Shown here: in pieces, positions 28,792-38,438 of the stretch | Layout of the letters: every line of letters begins with the position of its first letter | Numbering within the stretch: position 1 is the stretch's first letter | From: Longimicrobiales bacterium | Lineage (GTDB): Bacteria; Gemmatimonadota; Gemmatimonadetes; Longimicrobiales; Gaopeijiaceae | Direction of reading: 5' to 3' | DNA: 64,000 nt | Assembly: GCA_965248195.1 (NCBI GenBank) | Contig: CBDFIQ010000002.1 | Span: forward strand, 768,001-832,000 | The notes under the pieces: model-generated | The model's input: only the letters and a program-made list of their open reading frames with translations | Told to the model about the DNA's origin: nothing | Databases searched by the model: none | Made by a program: the position numbers and the translations under genes

Positions 28792-31317
28792 ATGAAGCGA
28801 GAGGCCCCAGCGTCTGAGCATCCAACCTTCGATGAGCCCCTGCCCGAGGACATTCCGGTGGCGAATTTCTCGGAAAATGCCCGGATCGTCCTGGCTAAGC
28901 GGTATCTGAAGAAGGACGCCGAAGGGACGCCGATCGAGGAGCCAGCGGTCATGTTCTGGCGGGTAGCCAAGGTCATTGCGAACGTGGACCGGGAGTACGG
29001 GGCCTCGGAGGCGGCGGTGGGAGAGTTGGCCCGCCAGTTCTACGATCTCATGACGACCGGGAAGTTCGAGCCGAACTCTCCGACGCTGATGAACGCCGGC
29101 CGGCCTCTGGGACAGCTCTCAGCCTGCTTCGTACTACCTGTGGATGACACCCTCTCCAATGGAAAGAGCGGGATTTACGACACGCTCAAAGCGATGGCGC
29201 TCGTTCATCAGTCGGGCGGTGGGACCGGCTTCTCCTTCTCGCGACTTCGGCCGACCGGTGCGCAGGTCAAATCGACCACGGGTGTCGCGTCCGGACCGGT
29301 CTCCTTCATGACGCTTTACGACGCCAGCACGGAGGTCGTGAAGCAAGGTGGGACTCGGCGGGGGGCGAACATGGGGATCCTCAGGGTGGATCATCCCGAC
29401 ATCCGTGAATTCATCACCTGCAAGGACGACACCTCCCGAATCACCAACTTCAACGTCTCGGTGGCCCTGACCGATGCTTTCATGGAGGCGGTCGAGGCTG
29501 GAGAGGGTTACGACCTCGTGAACCCCAAGAACAATGAAGTCGTGGGGCAAGAGGATGCCGGTGAGATCTTCGACATGATCATTCACGGCGCTTGGAAGAC
29601 GGGCGAGCCGGGGACCTTCTTCATCGACCGAGCCAACAGATTCAATCCGGTGCCGAAGCTCGGCTCGTACGAGGCGACGAATCCGTGCGGTGAGCAACCG
29701 CTTCTGCCTTACGACGTATGCAACTTGGGAAGCGTCAATCTCGCCCAGTTCGTCAGAACGGATCATGTACCCGGTGGCGATCCGGCCGATGGGGTGGATT
29801 GGGACGCACTTCGCCAGACGGTCTATCTGTCCACTCACTTCTTGGACAACGTCATCGACGCCAACCAGTATCCCTTGCAGGCCATTAGCGACTTGGCTCA
29901 GACGATCCGCCGGATCGGGCTGGGAGTCATGGGTTGGGCGGACATGCTCATCGGGCTCGGGATCCCCTACGACAGCGCCGAGGGGGTCGAGATGGGTCGC
30001 AAAGTGATGGGCTTCGTGAACGAGGAGGCTCGCAAAGCGTCGGAGAGTCTCGCGGACACCCGAGATATCTTCCCGGCGTGGGAGGAGTCGATTTGGGGGC
30101 CGGACGATCATTGCGCCCGGCACTCTTCCGGAACTCGTGTTCGCCCGATGCGCAGGCTCCGAAACTGTAACCTCACGACTGTGGCGCCCACGGGCACCAT
30201 TTCCATCTTCGCCGGATGTTCCGGAGGTATCGAGCCGATCTTCGCCGTGGCGTTCATGCGCAACCAGGCGGGCTCGATGATGCCTGATGTGAACCCTGCG
30301 TTCGTGGCTCGAGCCCAGGCGGAGGGGTGGTACTCCGAAGAACTCATGGCCCGTATCGCGGAGGAGGGTCACATCCACTTCCCTGAGGTTCCGCAAGAGG
30401 TGCAGGCCGTTTTCAAGACCGCGCATGACATCTCGCCAGAGTGGCACGTTCGGATGCAGGCCGCGTTTCAGGAGCACACCGACTCCGCCATTTCCAAGAC
30501 CACGAACTTCCCGGCGCAAGCCACCGAGGACGACGTCCGGAAAATCTATCAGCTCGCGTATGAGCTCGACTGCAAGGGCGTTACGGTGTACCGCGACGGG
30601 TCGAGGTCCGAACAGGTGCTGTCGACCGGAAAGACCGGAAAAACAGCCGAGGACCGAGAGGTTGGGAGCGGTGACGTCGCGGCTCTCGAGCAGCAGCTCG
30701 CGGATGCGCGCGAGTCTCTGCATGTGCTCCGCATGGAGCTCGATCAGGTCCACCGCGACCGTGACGATGATGATCAAACCGCCGCCGCGGCTCGCCACAA
30801 GCGCCAGCGCCCCACCATGCTACGGGGCCGCACGCTCAAGCTGAACTCGCCGCTCGGCGATCTTTATGTCACGATCAACGAGGACGAGGGCGGCCGCCCC
30901 TTCGAGGTCTTCTGTACGCTCGGGAAGGCAGGCGGCGCGGCGACGGCGGATGCCGAGGCGGTAGGGCGGCTGATCTCCCTGGCACTCCGTTCCGGAATCC
31001 CGGTCTCTGCTGTCAAAGACCAACTTCGGGGAGTTTCCTCGGATCGGGCCGTAGGGGTGGGTCCGAACAAAGTGCTCTCCCTACCGGACGCAATCGGCCA
31101 GGCCATCGAGCGGTACTTGGCGGAGAAGGACGGTGTGCAGGAGACACTTCCGCTAGGTGCTTCCGTTGAGGCGGGCGGGGCTCAGCCGCAGCTCTCTTCA
31201 AGTGTCGGGGCTCATATGAATTTCCTCGGCAGCTGCCCGGAATGCGGCGCTGGCCAACTCTCGTTCGAGGAGGGTTGTGTGAAGTGCCACATCTGCGGAT
31301 ACAGCGAATGTGGATGA
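28792..31317 (+). CDS. nrdJ: class II (adenosylcobalamin-dependent) ribonucleotide reductase
   Basis: NSPTLMNAG, LSACFV, NPCGEQ, CNLGS, APTGTIS and KGVTVYRDG motifs; C-terminal TSCPD-like domain and CPEC..CHICGYSEC ribbon. Confidence 0.95.
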   Translation: MKREAPASEHPTFDEPLPEDIPVANFSENARIVLAKRYLKKDAEGTPIEEPAVMFWRVAKVIANVDREYGASEAAVGELARQFYDLMTTGKFEPNSPTLMNAGRPLGQLSACFVLPVDDTLSNGKSGIYDTLKAMALVHQSGGGTGFSFSRLRPTGAQVKSTTGVASGPVSFMTLYDASTEVVKQGGTRRGANMGILRVDHPDIREFITCKDDTSRITNFNVSVALTDAFMEAVEAGEGYDLVNPKNNEVVGQEDAGEIFDMIIHGAWKTGEPGTFFIDRANRFNPVPKLGSYEATNPCGEQPLLPYDVCNLGSVNLAQFVRTDHVPGGDPADGVDWDALRQTVYLSTHFLDNVIDANQYPLQAISDLAQTIRRIGLGVMGWADMLIGLGIPYDSAEGVEMGRKVMGFVNEEARKASESLADTRDIFPAWEESIWGPDDHCARHSSGTRVRPMRRLRNCNLTTVAPTGTISIFAGCSGGIEPIFAVAFMRNQAGSMMPDVNPAFVARAQAEGWYSEELMARIAEEGHIHFPEVPQEVQAVFKTAHDISPEWHVRMQAAFQEHTDSAISKTTNFPAQATEDDVRKIYQLAYELDCKGVTVYRDGSRSEQVLSTGKTGKTAEDREVGSGDVAALEQQLADARESLHVLRMELDQVHRDRDDDDQTAAAARHKRQRPTMLRGRTLKLNSPLGDLYVTINEDEGGRPFEVFCTLGKAGGAATADAEAVGRLISLALRSGIPVSAVKDQLRGVSSDRAVGVGPNKVLSLPDAIGQAIERYLAEKDGVQETLPLGASVEAGGAQPQLSSSVGAHMNFLGSCPECGAGQLSFEEGCVKCHICGYSECG

Positions 31318-31523
31318 GGGCGATCGCCTCGATCCGCTGAACCGGATGCCGGAAGCCACGGCCCTCCACCGGTTTCGCGTGGCTTGAGGCGGTGCGGGCC
31401 CGGTTCTTTTCCACTCCTTTGGGGTTACGTAGCATCAGGAGCCTACCGATATTCTAAGTGGGTAAGGGTCGATTTCGGGGCACCCAACGCCGTAGTAGGG
31501 GTCCGCGGGGTGGGAGATTTCAC

Positions 31524-32969
31524 GTGAGTGAGCCTGGAGCAACGGAAAGTGGCCGGGAGCCGGCGCCAAGCAGCCGCACCGACGAACTGATCGGACTCCT
31601 CTCGAGCCGAGTGGTGGGGCAGGCCCACGCCCTGGAGCATATCGTACCGAGTATCCAACTGCACCGGTCGGGGCTAGCCCCTGAGGACCGCCCGGTTGGC
31701 GTGTTCCTTCTGCTCGGACCGACCGGAACGGGGAAGACCCGGACGGTCGAGGCGCTTGCCGAAGTCCTCCACGGCGATGCGCGCCGCATTGTCAAGATCG
31801 ATTGTGGGGAGTTCCAGAGCGAGCATGAAGTAGCGAAGCTCATTGGCGCTCCCCCCGGATATGTGGGGCACGCCCAGACCGAGCCGCGCCTGAACCAACT
31901 CGTACTCACCGATGCGACGAGCTCCGAGTGCGACCTTTCGCTGGTTCTCTTCGACGAAATCGAGAAGGCGGCGCCATCGTTGTCTCAGCTTCTACTCGGC
32001 GTGCTCGACAAGGCGACGCTGCGACTTGGAGACGGCGGCGAGGTGAACTTCGAAAAGTCGCTGATCTTCCTCACCAGCAACCTCGGGGCAAGGGACATGG
32101 TGTCCGAGCTCCAGCCGGGGTTGGGCTTCGAGACGGAGGTGAGGCGCCCCGGGGCCGAGCTCTCCGCGCACCTGGAGCGTGTCGGCCTGAGGGCGGTCCA
32201 GCGTCACTTCTCTCCGGAGTTCGTCAACCGCATCGATGCCGTCATTACCTATCGTCCGTTGGGGAACGAATCTCTGGTGGCGATCCTCGAACAACACGTG
32301 GTCGATCTACAACGTCATGTCCTGAACCGACTCGGCAGCCGATCGTTCGACATCGAGGTGGCTCCAGCGGCCAGATTCTTCATGCTCGAAAAAGGGACGA
32401 GCATGGAGTACGGAGCGAGGGAATTGAGGAGGATTATCCACCTCCATTTGACGCAGCCGCTGGCTGCCATGGTCGCGAACGGTGAGGTCACGCCCGGGGC
32501 GCGGGTCACGGTAGACCTCCACGAAGACGGAACCCATCTGACGCTCCTCGCCGTCGGGGGGGCGCCGCTGCTCGCGACCCCTCCGGCGACCGTGCTCGCG
32601 ATCGACGACAACGAGGCGGTGCTGGGTTGGCTGAGCCGGGTTCTCAGCGATGAGGGCCATCGGGTTTTGCTCGGCTCCTCGGTCGAGGATGCGCTGCGCC
32701 AGATCGAGGAGGAGGTGCCCGATATGCTGGTGCTGGACCAAATCCTGCCGGACGGTGACGGTGTAGAACTCGCGGTGAGGCTTCTCAAGAAATACCCGGA
32801 CGCACGAGCCGTGGTCATGAGTGGAACGGCACTGGATGAAGAGGACGCACTTCTCTGTCAGCGGTATGATATTCCGTTCCTCCAAAAGCCGTTCGTTGCG
32901 GAGGAGCTCCTCAGCGCACTCGAGGCGATTTCGTTGAGCCTTGGATCCATTCGCACCGCGGCCGGCTGA
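31524..32969 (+). CDS. ClpB/ClpA D2-type AAA+ ATPase fused to a C-terminal receiver domain
   Basis: GPTGTGKT, LIGAPPGYVG, LFDEIEKA, LTSN, PEFVNRID and GARELRR; then AIDDN, VLDQILPDGDG, MSG and LQKP; GGAG before GTG 31524. Confidence 0.85.
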   Translation: MSEPGATESGREPAPSSRTDELIGLLSSRVVGQAHALEHIVPSIQLHRSGLAPEDRPVGVFLLLGPTGTGKTRTVEALAEVLHGDARRIVKIDCGEFQSEHEVAKLIGAPPGYVGHAQTEPRLNQLVLTDATSSECDLSLVLFDEIEKAAPSLSQLLLGVLDKATLRLGDGGEVNFEKSLIFLTSNLGARDMVSELQPGLGFETEVRRPGAELSAHLERVGLRAVQRHFSPEFVNRIDAVITYRPLGNESLVAILEQHVVDLQRHVLNRLGSRSFDIEVAPAARFFMLEKGTSMEYGARELRRIIHLHLTQPLAAMVANGEVTPGARVTVDLHEDGTHLTLLAVGGAPLLATPPATVLAIDDNEAVLGWLSRVLSDEGHRVLLGSSVEDALRQIEEEVPDMLVLDQILPDGDGVELAVRLLKKYPDARAVVMSGTALDEEDALLCQRYDIPFLQKPFVAEELLSALEAISLSLGSIRTAAG

Positions 32970-33023
32970 CCGCCCCCGCCGCTCTTACCGCCTCGCCCTC
33001 TGCATCTGCGACGAGCACGAATC

Positions 33024-33452
33024 GTGACTCCCGACGACTTCGCCGAGCGCTTCAATCGGTTGCGCTCCTCTGAGGACCGCTATCGATACCTCATCCAGCT
33101 TGGTCGAAAGCTGGAGCCCTACCCGGAAGAATTCAGGAATCAGGAGCACTTGGTTCCAGGATGCCTGAGTCGGGTCTGGCTCGTCACCGTCGAAGGCTCC
33201 GATCCCTCCGAAGTCGCATTTCGTGCGGACAGCGACGCGCACATCGTCAAGGGACTCATCGCGGTTCTTCTCATGCTGTACTCGGGTAAGACAGCGGAGG
33301 CAATCCTTTCGACCGACGTGGAAGGGCTCTTCGAACGGCTGGACCTGGGCCAGCATCTCTCGGTCAATCGAAGGAACGGCTTTTACTCAATGACCTTGAA
33401 AATGCGAGAACATGCGGCCCAAAAGGTGGCCGTCCTGAAAGAGGGCGAATGA
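33024..33452 (+). CDS. sufE: SufE family Fe-S metabolism protein
   Basis: VPGCLSRVW, ADSDAHIVKGL and LS.NRRNG motifs. Confidence 0.92.
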   Translation: MTPDDFAERFNRLRSSEDRYRYLIQLGRKLEPYPEEFRNQEHLVPGCLSRVWLVTVEGSDPSEVAFRADSDAHIVKGLIAVLLMLYSGKTAEAILSTDVEGLFERLDLGQHLSVNRRNGFYSMTLKMREHAAQKVAVLKEGE

Positions 33453-33484
33453 GTGTGAGAGCGATGTGATGAAGCGATGAAGCG

Positions 33485-34426
33485 ATGAAGTCATGGATGA
33501 TGTTTGCGGCCGCTATTCCGCTAACCGTCGCCTCGTGTGGTGGGGGTGATTCCGGAGGGAGCGCCATCAGCGTCCGGGTCGAGCGGCCGGCATTCGACGC
33601 CGACCGTGCCTTTCGGGATCTCGAGAGGCAGGTGGCTTTCGGGCCCCGTATACCGGGGTCGGCGGGCCATGCCCGGCAGTTGGAGTGGTTGGAGACCGAA
33701 TTGCGAGCCCTCGCCGATACGGTATTCCTCGACCCGTTCGAGCACGTGACCGGGGAGGGCCACGAGCTCGACCTGACCAACGTGATCGCGCGGTTCGGTC
33801 CCGCTGATGGCTCACGACTGCTCCTCCTCACCCACTGGGACACGCGGCCCAGGGCAGACCAGAGTTCCGAGGCAGCCGACCGGGACAAGCCGGTCCCTGG
33901 TGCCAATGACGGCGCTTCGGGCACAGCGATTTTCCTGGAGTTTGCCCGAATGTTCAACGAGCAACCTCCGCCAGGCGGCGTGGAGCTTCTCTTCACCGAC
34001 GGCGAGGACTATGGACCGTCCACGGACGACATGTTCCTGGGCGCCCGGCATTATGTAGCGGGAATCGGGAGCGAGAACCCGCCGGCGTATGGAATCCTCC
34101 TCGACATGGTTGGAGATGCCGATCCCAGCTTTCCCATCGAGGCCTACTCCATGGAGGGTGCGGGCCAGGTGGTCCAGCGCGTTTGGAGTATTGCGGCCGA
34201 TCTGGGATACCGCCGTTTCTTTCCCATGGACCAGACCTCCAGGGTGATCGACGAACACATTGAGTTTATCGACGCGGGCATTCCCGTGGCCGATATCATC
34301 GACTTCGACTACGGTCGGGGAAATGGCTTCTGGCACACGCTCCAGGACCTTCCGGAGAACACCAGTGCCCGAACCCTTCTCATGGTCGGGGACGTCGTGG
34401 CGGAGGTGGTGTACCGGAACCGGTGA
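33485..34426 (+). CDS. M28 family peptidase / glutaminyl cyclase-like lipoprotein
   Basis: Lipobox VASC; FGPRIPGS, HWDTRP, GANDGASG, DGED, LDMVG and WHT motifs. Confidence 0.87.
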   Translation: MKSWMMFAAAIPLTVASCGGGDSGGSAISVRVERPAFDADRAFRDLERQVAFGPRIPGSAGHARQLEWLETELRALADTVFLDPFEHVTGEGHELDLTNVIARFGPADGSRLLLLTHWDTRPRADQSSEAADRDKPVPGANDGASGTAIFLEFARMFNEQPPPGGVELLFTDGEDYGPSTDDMFLGARHYVAGIGSENPPAYGILLDMVGDADPSFPIEAYSMEGAGQVVQRVWSIAADLGYRRFFPMDQTSRVIDEHIEFIDAGIPVADIIDFDYGRGNGFWHTLQDLPENTSARTLLMVGDVVAEVVYRNR

Positions 34427-34535
34427 ACCGGATCAGGCCGGGAGCCCTTGAAATCTTCCGGTGCCGCGACCATGATCGGACGAGTTGTTTTCCACCCCTC
34501 TCTGCAGTGACCACGTTATCAAGACGAGCAGTGCC

Positions 34536-35753
34536 ATGACCCAGGCCAGCGCATCGAAGACCGAGTTCTATCTCACCGAGGCCGACCGGTTCAGTGCCTA
34601 CAACTACAAACCTCTCCCGGTCGTGTTGGAGCGTGGAGAGGGCGAGTGGGTTTGGGACGTGGACGGGAATCGATATCTCGACATGCTCTCCGCCTATTCG
34701 GCTCTGAATCAGGGACACCGTCATCCGGCCATCATGGCGGCGGCCGAAGAGCAGATGGCCAGGCTGACGTTGACCTCGCGGGCGTTTCACAACGACCAGA
34801 TGGGACCCTTCGTGCGCGAGCTCTGTGAGGCCACTGGGTACGAAAAAGCCCTTCCGATGAACACGGGTGCCGAGGCCGTAGAGACGGCGATCAAGGCGGT
34901 CCGGAAATGGGGTTACAAGGTGAAGGGCGTGCCGGAGGGCAAAGCCGAGATCATCGTCTGTGAAAACAACTTCCACGGGCGGACGACGACCATCGTCGGC
35001 TTCTCGTCCGAGGAGCAGTACCGCGACGGATTCGGCCCGTTCACACCCGGCTTCGTGCTGGTCCCCTACGGTGATGCCGATGCGTTCGAGGCGGCCATCA
35101 CAGAGAACACGGTCGGGTTCCTGGTCGAGCCTCTCCAGGGCGAAGGAGGTGTGGTCGTGCCGGCGGATGGATACCTGCGCCGGACCGCCGAGATCTGCCG
35201 GGAGCGTCGCATCGCGTTCATGGGGGACGAGATACAGACGGGGCTCGGAAGGACCGGGCGACTCTTTTGTTGTGAGTGGGAGGATGTCCGGCCGGACGTG
35301 CTCATCGTGGGCAAGGCGTTGGGCGGTGGGGTCTACCCGGTCTCGGCGGCCGTAGCCGACGCCGAGATCATGGACGTTTTCCAGCCAGGTGACCACGGCT
35401 CCACGTTCGGCGGAAATCCGCTAGGGGCGGCCGTCGGCCGTGCTTCACTTCGCGTCATCCTCGATGAGAAGCTTTCAGAACGTTCCGACGAGCTCGGCAC
35501 GTGGTTCATGGGGCGGCTCCGCGACATCGGCTCTCCTCACGTGGAGGAGGTTCGCGGGCGCGGCCTCATGATCGGCGTCGTGATCAAGGAGTCCTCGGGC
35601 ACCGCGAGGCCCTTCTGCGAAGCGCTTCAGCGGAAGGGGATTCTCGCCAAGGAGACGCACCACCAGGTCATACGTTTTGCGCCTCCTCTCACGATCGATC
35701 GGGCGACGCTCGAGGATGCGCTCATGGACATCGAGGTGGTGTTACGGGGCTGA
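34536..35753 (+). CDS. rocD: ornithine aminotransferase
   Basis: YSALNQGH, LTLTSRAF, MNTGAEAVE, DEIQTG, GKALGGG and HGSTFGGNP motifs. Confidence 0.95.
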   Translation: MTQASASKTEFYLTEADRFSAYNYKPLPVVLERGEGEWVWDVDGNRYLDMLSAYSALNQGHRHPAIMAAAEEQMARLTLTSRAFHNDQMGPFVRELCEATGYEKALPMNTGAEAVETAIKAVRKWGYKVKGVPEGKAEIIVCENNFHGRTTTIVGFSSEEQYRDGFGPFTPGFVLVPYGDADAFEAAITENTVGFLVEPLQGEGGVVVPADGYLRRTAEICRERRIAFMGDEIQTGLGRTGRLFCCEWEDVRPDVLIVGKALGGGVYPVSAAVADAEIMDVFQPGDHGSTFGGNPLGAAVGRASLRVILDEKLSERSDELGTWFMGRLRDIGSPHVEEVRGRGLMIGVVIKESSGTARPFCEALQRKGILAKETHHQVIRFAPPLTIDRATLEDALMDIEVVLRG

Positions 35754-35766
35754 TTCCACGGTTCCG

Positions 35767-37422
35767 ATGAGCGATCCGACTGCGCTGGGGGAGCCTGGCA
35801 TGGGTCCGACGACAGGGCGGATACCGGGCTTGCTCGCGCCCGTTTCGGGGCGGATACCGGGTTTCCTCGTTCCCCTCATCGTGGCGGTGGGCCTCGGCTT
35901 GGTCGGGATCTTGGTCTGGGTAGCCGTGCCGCCCGGCGTGTGGCACGACGACGGCGCATACTTGCTTCTCGGCAAGTCCCTCGCCGATGGCGAGGGACTC
36001 CGATACTCGCAGGTTCCCGGGTCTCTGCCCGGCGCGAAGTTCCCACCCCTGTACCCCGTTTTCCTCGCCCTGCTATGGCGGGTCGCACCCGAGGCGGTGG
36101 GGCAGGGGACCCTCGCATCTCTTTTCAACGTGCTGTTCGTCGCAACGAGTGGGGGGCTGTTCGTGGCCTATGTGCGTTCGCTGAACTTCTCATGGCGTAG
36201 CTCGGTCGTTACGGCGGTCCTGATCTGGTTGCTTCCGGATCTATGGCGACTGGCTCTGGTGCCTCTTTCCGAGCCACTTTTCCTGGTCACTCTGGTTGCG
36301 GCGCTCTGGACCGGCTCTCGCCTGGAGGCCCAGCCCACATGGCGTCGATTCGCCGCATTCTCGGCTGCGTTCGCGGTCGCGTACCACACCCGAACCATAG
36401 GGCTCGCCATCGGACTCGCCGTGCCGTTGGCCCTGCTGATGCGGGGCCGGATGGTGTGGGCCTTACGGAGTGTCGCCGGCGCCGTGCTGATCATCGCGCC
36501 GTGGATGTTCTGGTCGAGCCGGGCCGCGGCGGCGATTCCCGCTCCCCTCCGGGACACGCTCGGTCCGTATGCCGGCTGGCTCGCCGGCCAGGCTGGTGGG
36601 GAAGGCGAATACTTCGGCGTCATGGCCGCGCGCGCTTTCACGCTGGCGAGCCAAATCGTTGGACTCTTTTTTCCAGGCGCCGACGGGTGGTACGCCGTAT
36701 TGGCCGGGATGCTTGCCAGCGGGGTGCTCATCGCCGGGGTGCGCCGGCTATCCGTCCAGACGTGGACGCCGATTTTCACGGCCGCTCTCCTCACGGGGAT
36801 GCTCTGGCTGTGGCCCTATCAGGAAATCCGCCTGACGATGCCGCTCATTCCCGTCCTCGGGATGGTCTTGGTGTCCGGCTTCCGGCCTGAGGCGGAGCGG
36901 TTTACTCATGGAATCCTTGCCGATGGCACGCGACCGGATCCCCGGAGGCTCCTGGTCGGGGCGATGGGCCTTGTTTGGATCCTCGCGCTGGGTTCGGCGA
37001 GCGTGATCGCCCTCGGAGGCGGGCGTCATGTGGAGCCCCTCCGGGTGCGGGAACTCATGCTTGCCCGGGCAGTGCCGGCCGTATATGAACGCGTCCCGCC
37101 GAACGGGGTGGTGGGAGCCCCCGAGCTGTGGGCAGGGCTGGCCCTTCACACCGGCCGCCGCGTGTCACCCAGTGCCCGTTTTCGGCCGGCGGGGGACGGC
37201 CCCATCTGGGGTAGTCCACGGGAGCAGTTCGCGGTCTGGGCCGCTTCCGGAATCGAGTACGTCGTGTTGGAGAACGCCGGACTGGTGCATCAAGAGGCGC
37301 TGGACGAACTGGATGTGAGCTGCCCCGGTGCGGTCCAGCTTCAGGCGTCCTGGGCCGGAGGCATGCTGGTCCGGTTGAACTGGGACGACGCATGCAGGGA
37401 CCTCGTCTTGCCGGAATCCTAG
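35767..37422 (+). CDS. GT-C fold membrane glycosyltransferase-like protein
   Basis: HDDGAYLLLGKSLADG, KFPPLYP and LSEPLF motifs; many TM segments; 33-bp duplication near the start. Confidence 0.72.
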   Translation: MSDPTALGEPGMGPTTGRIPGLLAPVSGRIPGFLVPLIVAVGLGLVGILVWVAVPPGVWHDDGAYLLLGKSLADGEGLRYSQVPGSLPGAKFPPLYPVFLALLWRVAPEAVGQGTLASLFNVLFVATSGGLFVAYVRSLNFSWRSSVVTAVLIWLLPDLWRLALVPLSEPLFLVTLVAALWTGSRLEAQPTWRRFAAFSAAFAVAYHTRTIGLAIGLAVPLALLMRGRMVWALRSVAGAVLIIAPWMFWSSRAAAAIPAPLRDTLGPYAGWLAGQAGGEGEYFGVMAARAFTLASQIVGLFFPGADGWYAVLAGMLASGVLIAGVRRLSVQTWTPIFTAALLTGMLWLWPYQEIRLTMPLIPVLGMVLVSGFRPEAERFTHGILADGTRPDPRRLLVGAMGLVWILALGSASVIALGGGRHVEPLRVRELMLARAVPAVYERVPPNGVVGAPELWAGLALHTGRRVSPSARFRPAGDGPIWGSPREQFAVWAASGIEYVVLENAGLVHQEALDELDVSCPGAVQLQASWAGGMLVRLNWDDACRDLVLPES

Positions 37423-37465
37423 CGTTCCGCTTTGCCTACGCTCGATCGCGGGTTTTCGCTGGGGA

Positions 37466-37744
37466 TTACCACTTGATCTGGCCCTGCTGCGAGGTGTCGA
37501 CCTGCTCCCCCTCTCCGTCACCCAGCAATACGGTCTCGATCTGACCGTACAGAAACTCCCGCGCCTTTTTGTCACGAGGGTCGAGCCCGTAATGGTTGAT
37601 CAGAAGCGTCTGATGCTGTAGCCACTCCGCCCAGCAGTCGGAGCAGATCTGCTCCTGGATGCTCTTCCCCAACTCTGTTCGGAAGGGCGCCTTGTCCAGC
37701 TTCGGCTTATCAGGCCCACACCGCCTGCACTCGATCTTTTCCAC
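37466..37744 (-). CDS. YggX-like Fe(2+)-trafficking / oxidative damage protection protein
   Basis: ELGK.I...W..WL.HQT.LIN..GL...AR.FL pattern. Confidence 0.85.
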   Translation of the reverse strand: MEKIECRRCGPDKPKLDKAPFRTELGKSIQEQICSDCWAEWLQHQTLLINHYGLDPRDKKAREFLYGQIETVLLGDGEGEQVDTSQQGQIKW

Positions 37745-37750
37745 TTCGGG

Positions 37751-37894
37751 TTCTCGACTCTCCAGGTTCAGCGCCCCAACCGGAACGAACCCGGGCGAGC
37801 CTACGGATGTCTTGAATCGGGAACCGGGACTACCCTCGCACAGGGGCGGGGATCCCACCCGAGGTGATCCGGTGTCGAACCAATCACATGAGAA
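37751..37894 (-). ncRNA. candidate structured RNA (rod-like; 6S-like or a cis-regulatory leader)
   Basis: Nested complementarity: TTCTC/GAGAA, GGTTC/GAACC, ACCGGA/TCCGGT and CTCGGGTGGG/CTCGCCCGGG, with G-U pairs on the minus strand. Confidence 0.4.
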
Positions 37895-38039
37895 ATGCGC
37901 CGGAACGGCCGATCCAAGGTGGCCCGCCTCCGTCCCATCGGCGAGCGGACGTAGACGACATTTTCCGATTCGATTAATTTTTTCGCCTTAGGGCGAATCG
38001 GTGGTCCGCCTTCACAATCGAACGCGATACCAACTCAGA

Positions 38040-38420
38040 ATGTTGACCAAGAAGCAGCTCCAACACCTCGAGGGTCGTCTCATGGACGAGCGGGCAAGAG
38101 CGCTCAAGGCGTTGGGGCTCTTCGACAGGATTGCCAAGCTCGACCGGGAGACGATGGACTCCGATCTATCCGCCTACACAGACCACATGGCGGATCAGGG
38201 GACCGAGGCGATGGAGCGTGAAAAGGCTGCCCTCTTCGCGACCAAGGAGGGACGCTATATCTATCGCCTCGAGGAGGCGCTGCGCCGTATGTACGATGAC
38301 TCGAAGACGTTCGGCAACTGCCACACGTGTGGCTCCGCACTCGGGTACGAGCGTCTCGACGCGCTCCCACATGCGCGTTATTGCATCGACTGCAAGCGCA
38401 AAGAAGAGGACGTGGCCTAG
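38040..38420 (+). CDS. DksA/TraR C4-type zinc finger protein
   Basis: DHMADQG coiled-coil tip; CHTC...ERL.ALP.A..CIDC. Confidence 0.9.
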   Translation: MLTKKQLQHLEGRLMDERARALKALGLFDRIAKLDRETMDSDLSAYTDHMADQGTEAMEREKAALFATKEGRYIYRLEEALRRMYDDSKTFGNCHTCGSALGYERLDALPHARYCIDCKRKEEDVA

Positions 38421-38438
38421 AGGGCTCGCGTTGCTTCC

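Noticed and set aside
29134..30798. Long antisense ORFs (this one and many similar)
   Set aside because: Expected shadows of GC-rich codon usage; they carry no recognisable motifs
28792..31317. Intein or cobalamin riboswitch at nrdJ
   Set aside because: The catalytic core is contiguous with no splicing motifs, and I recognise no B12-box in the leader
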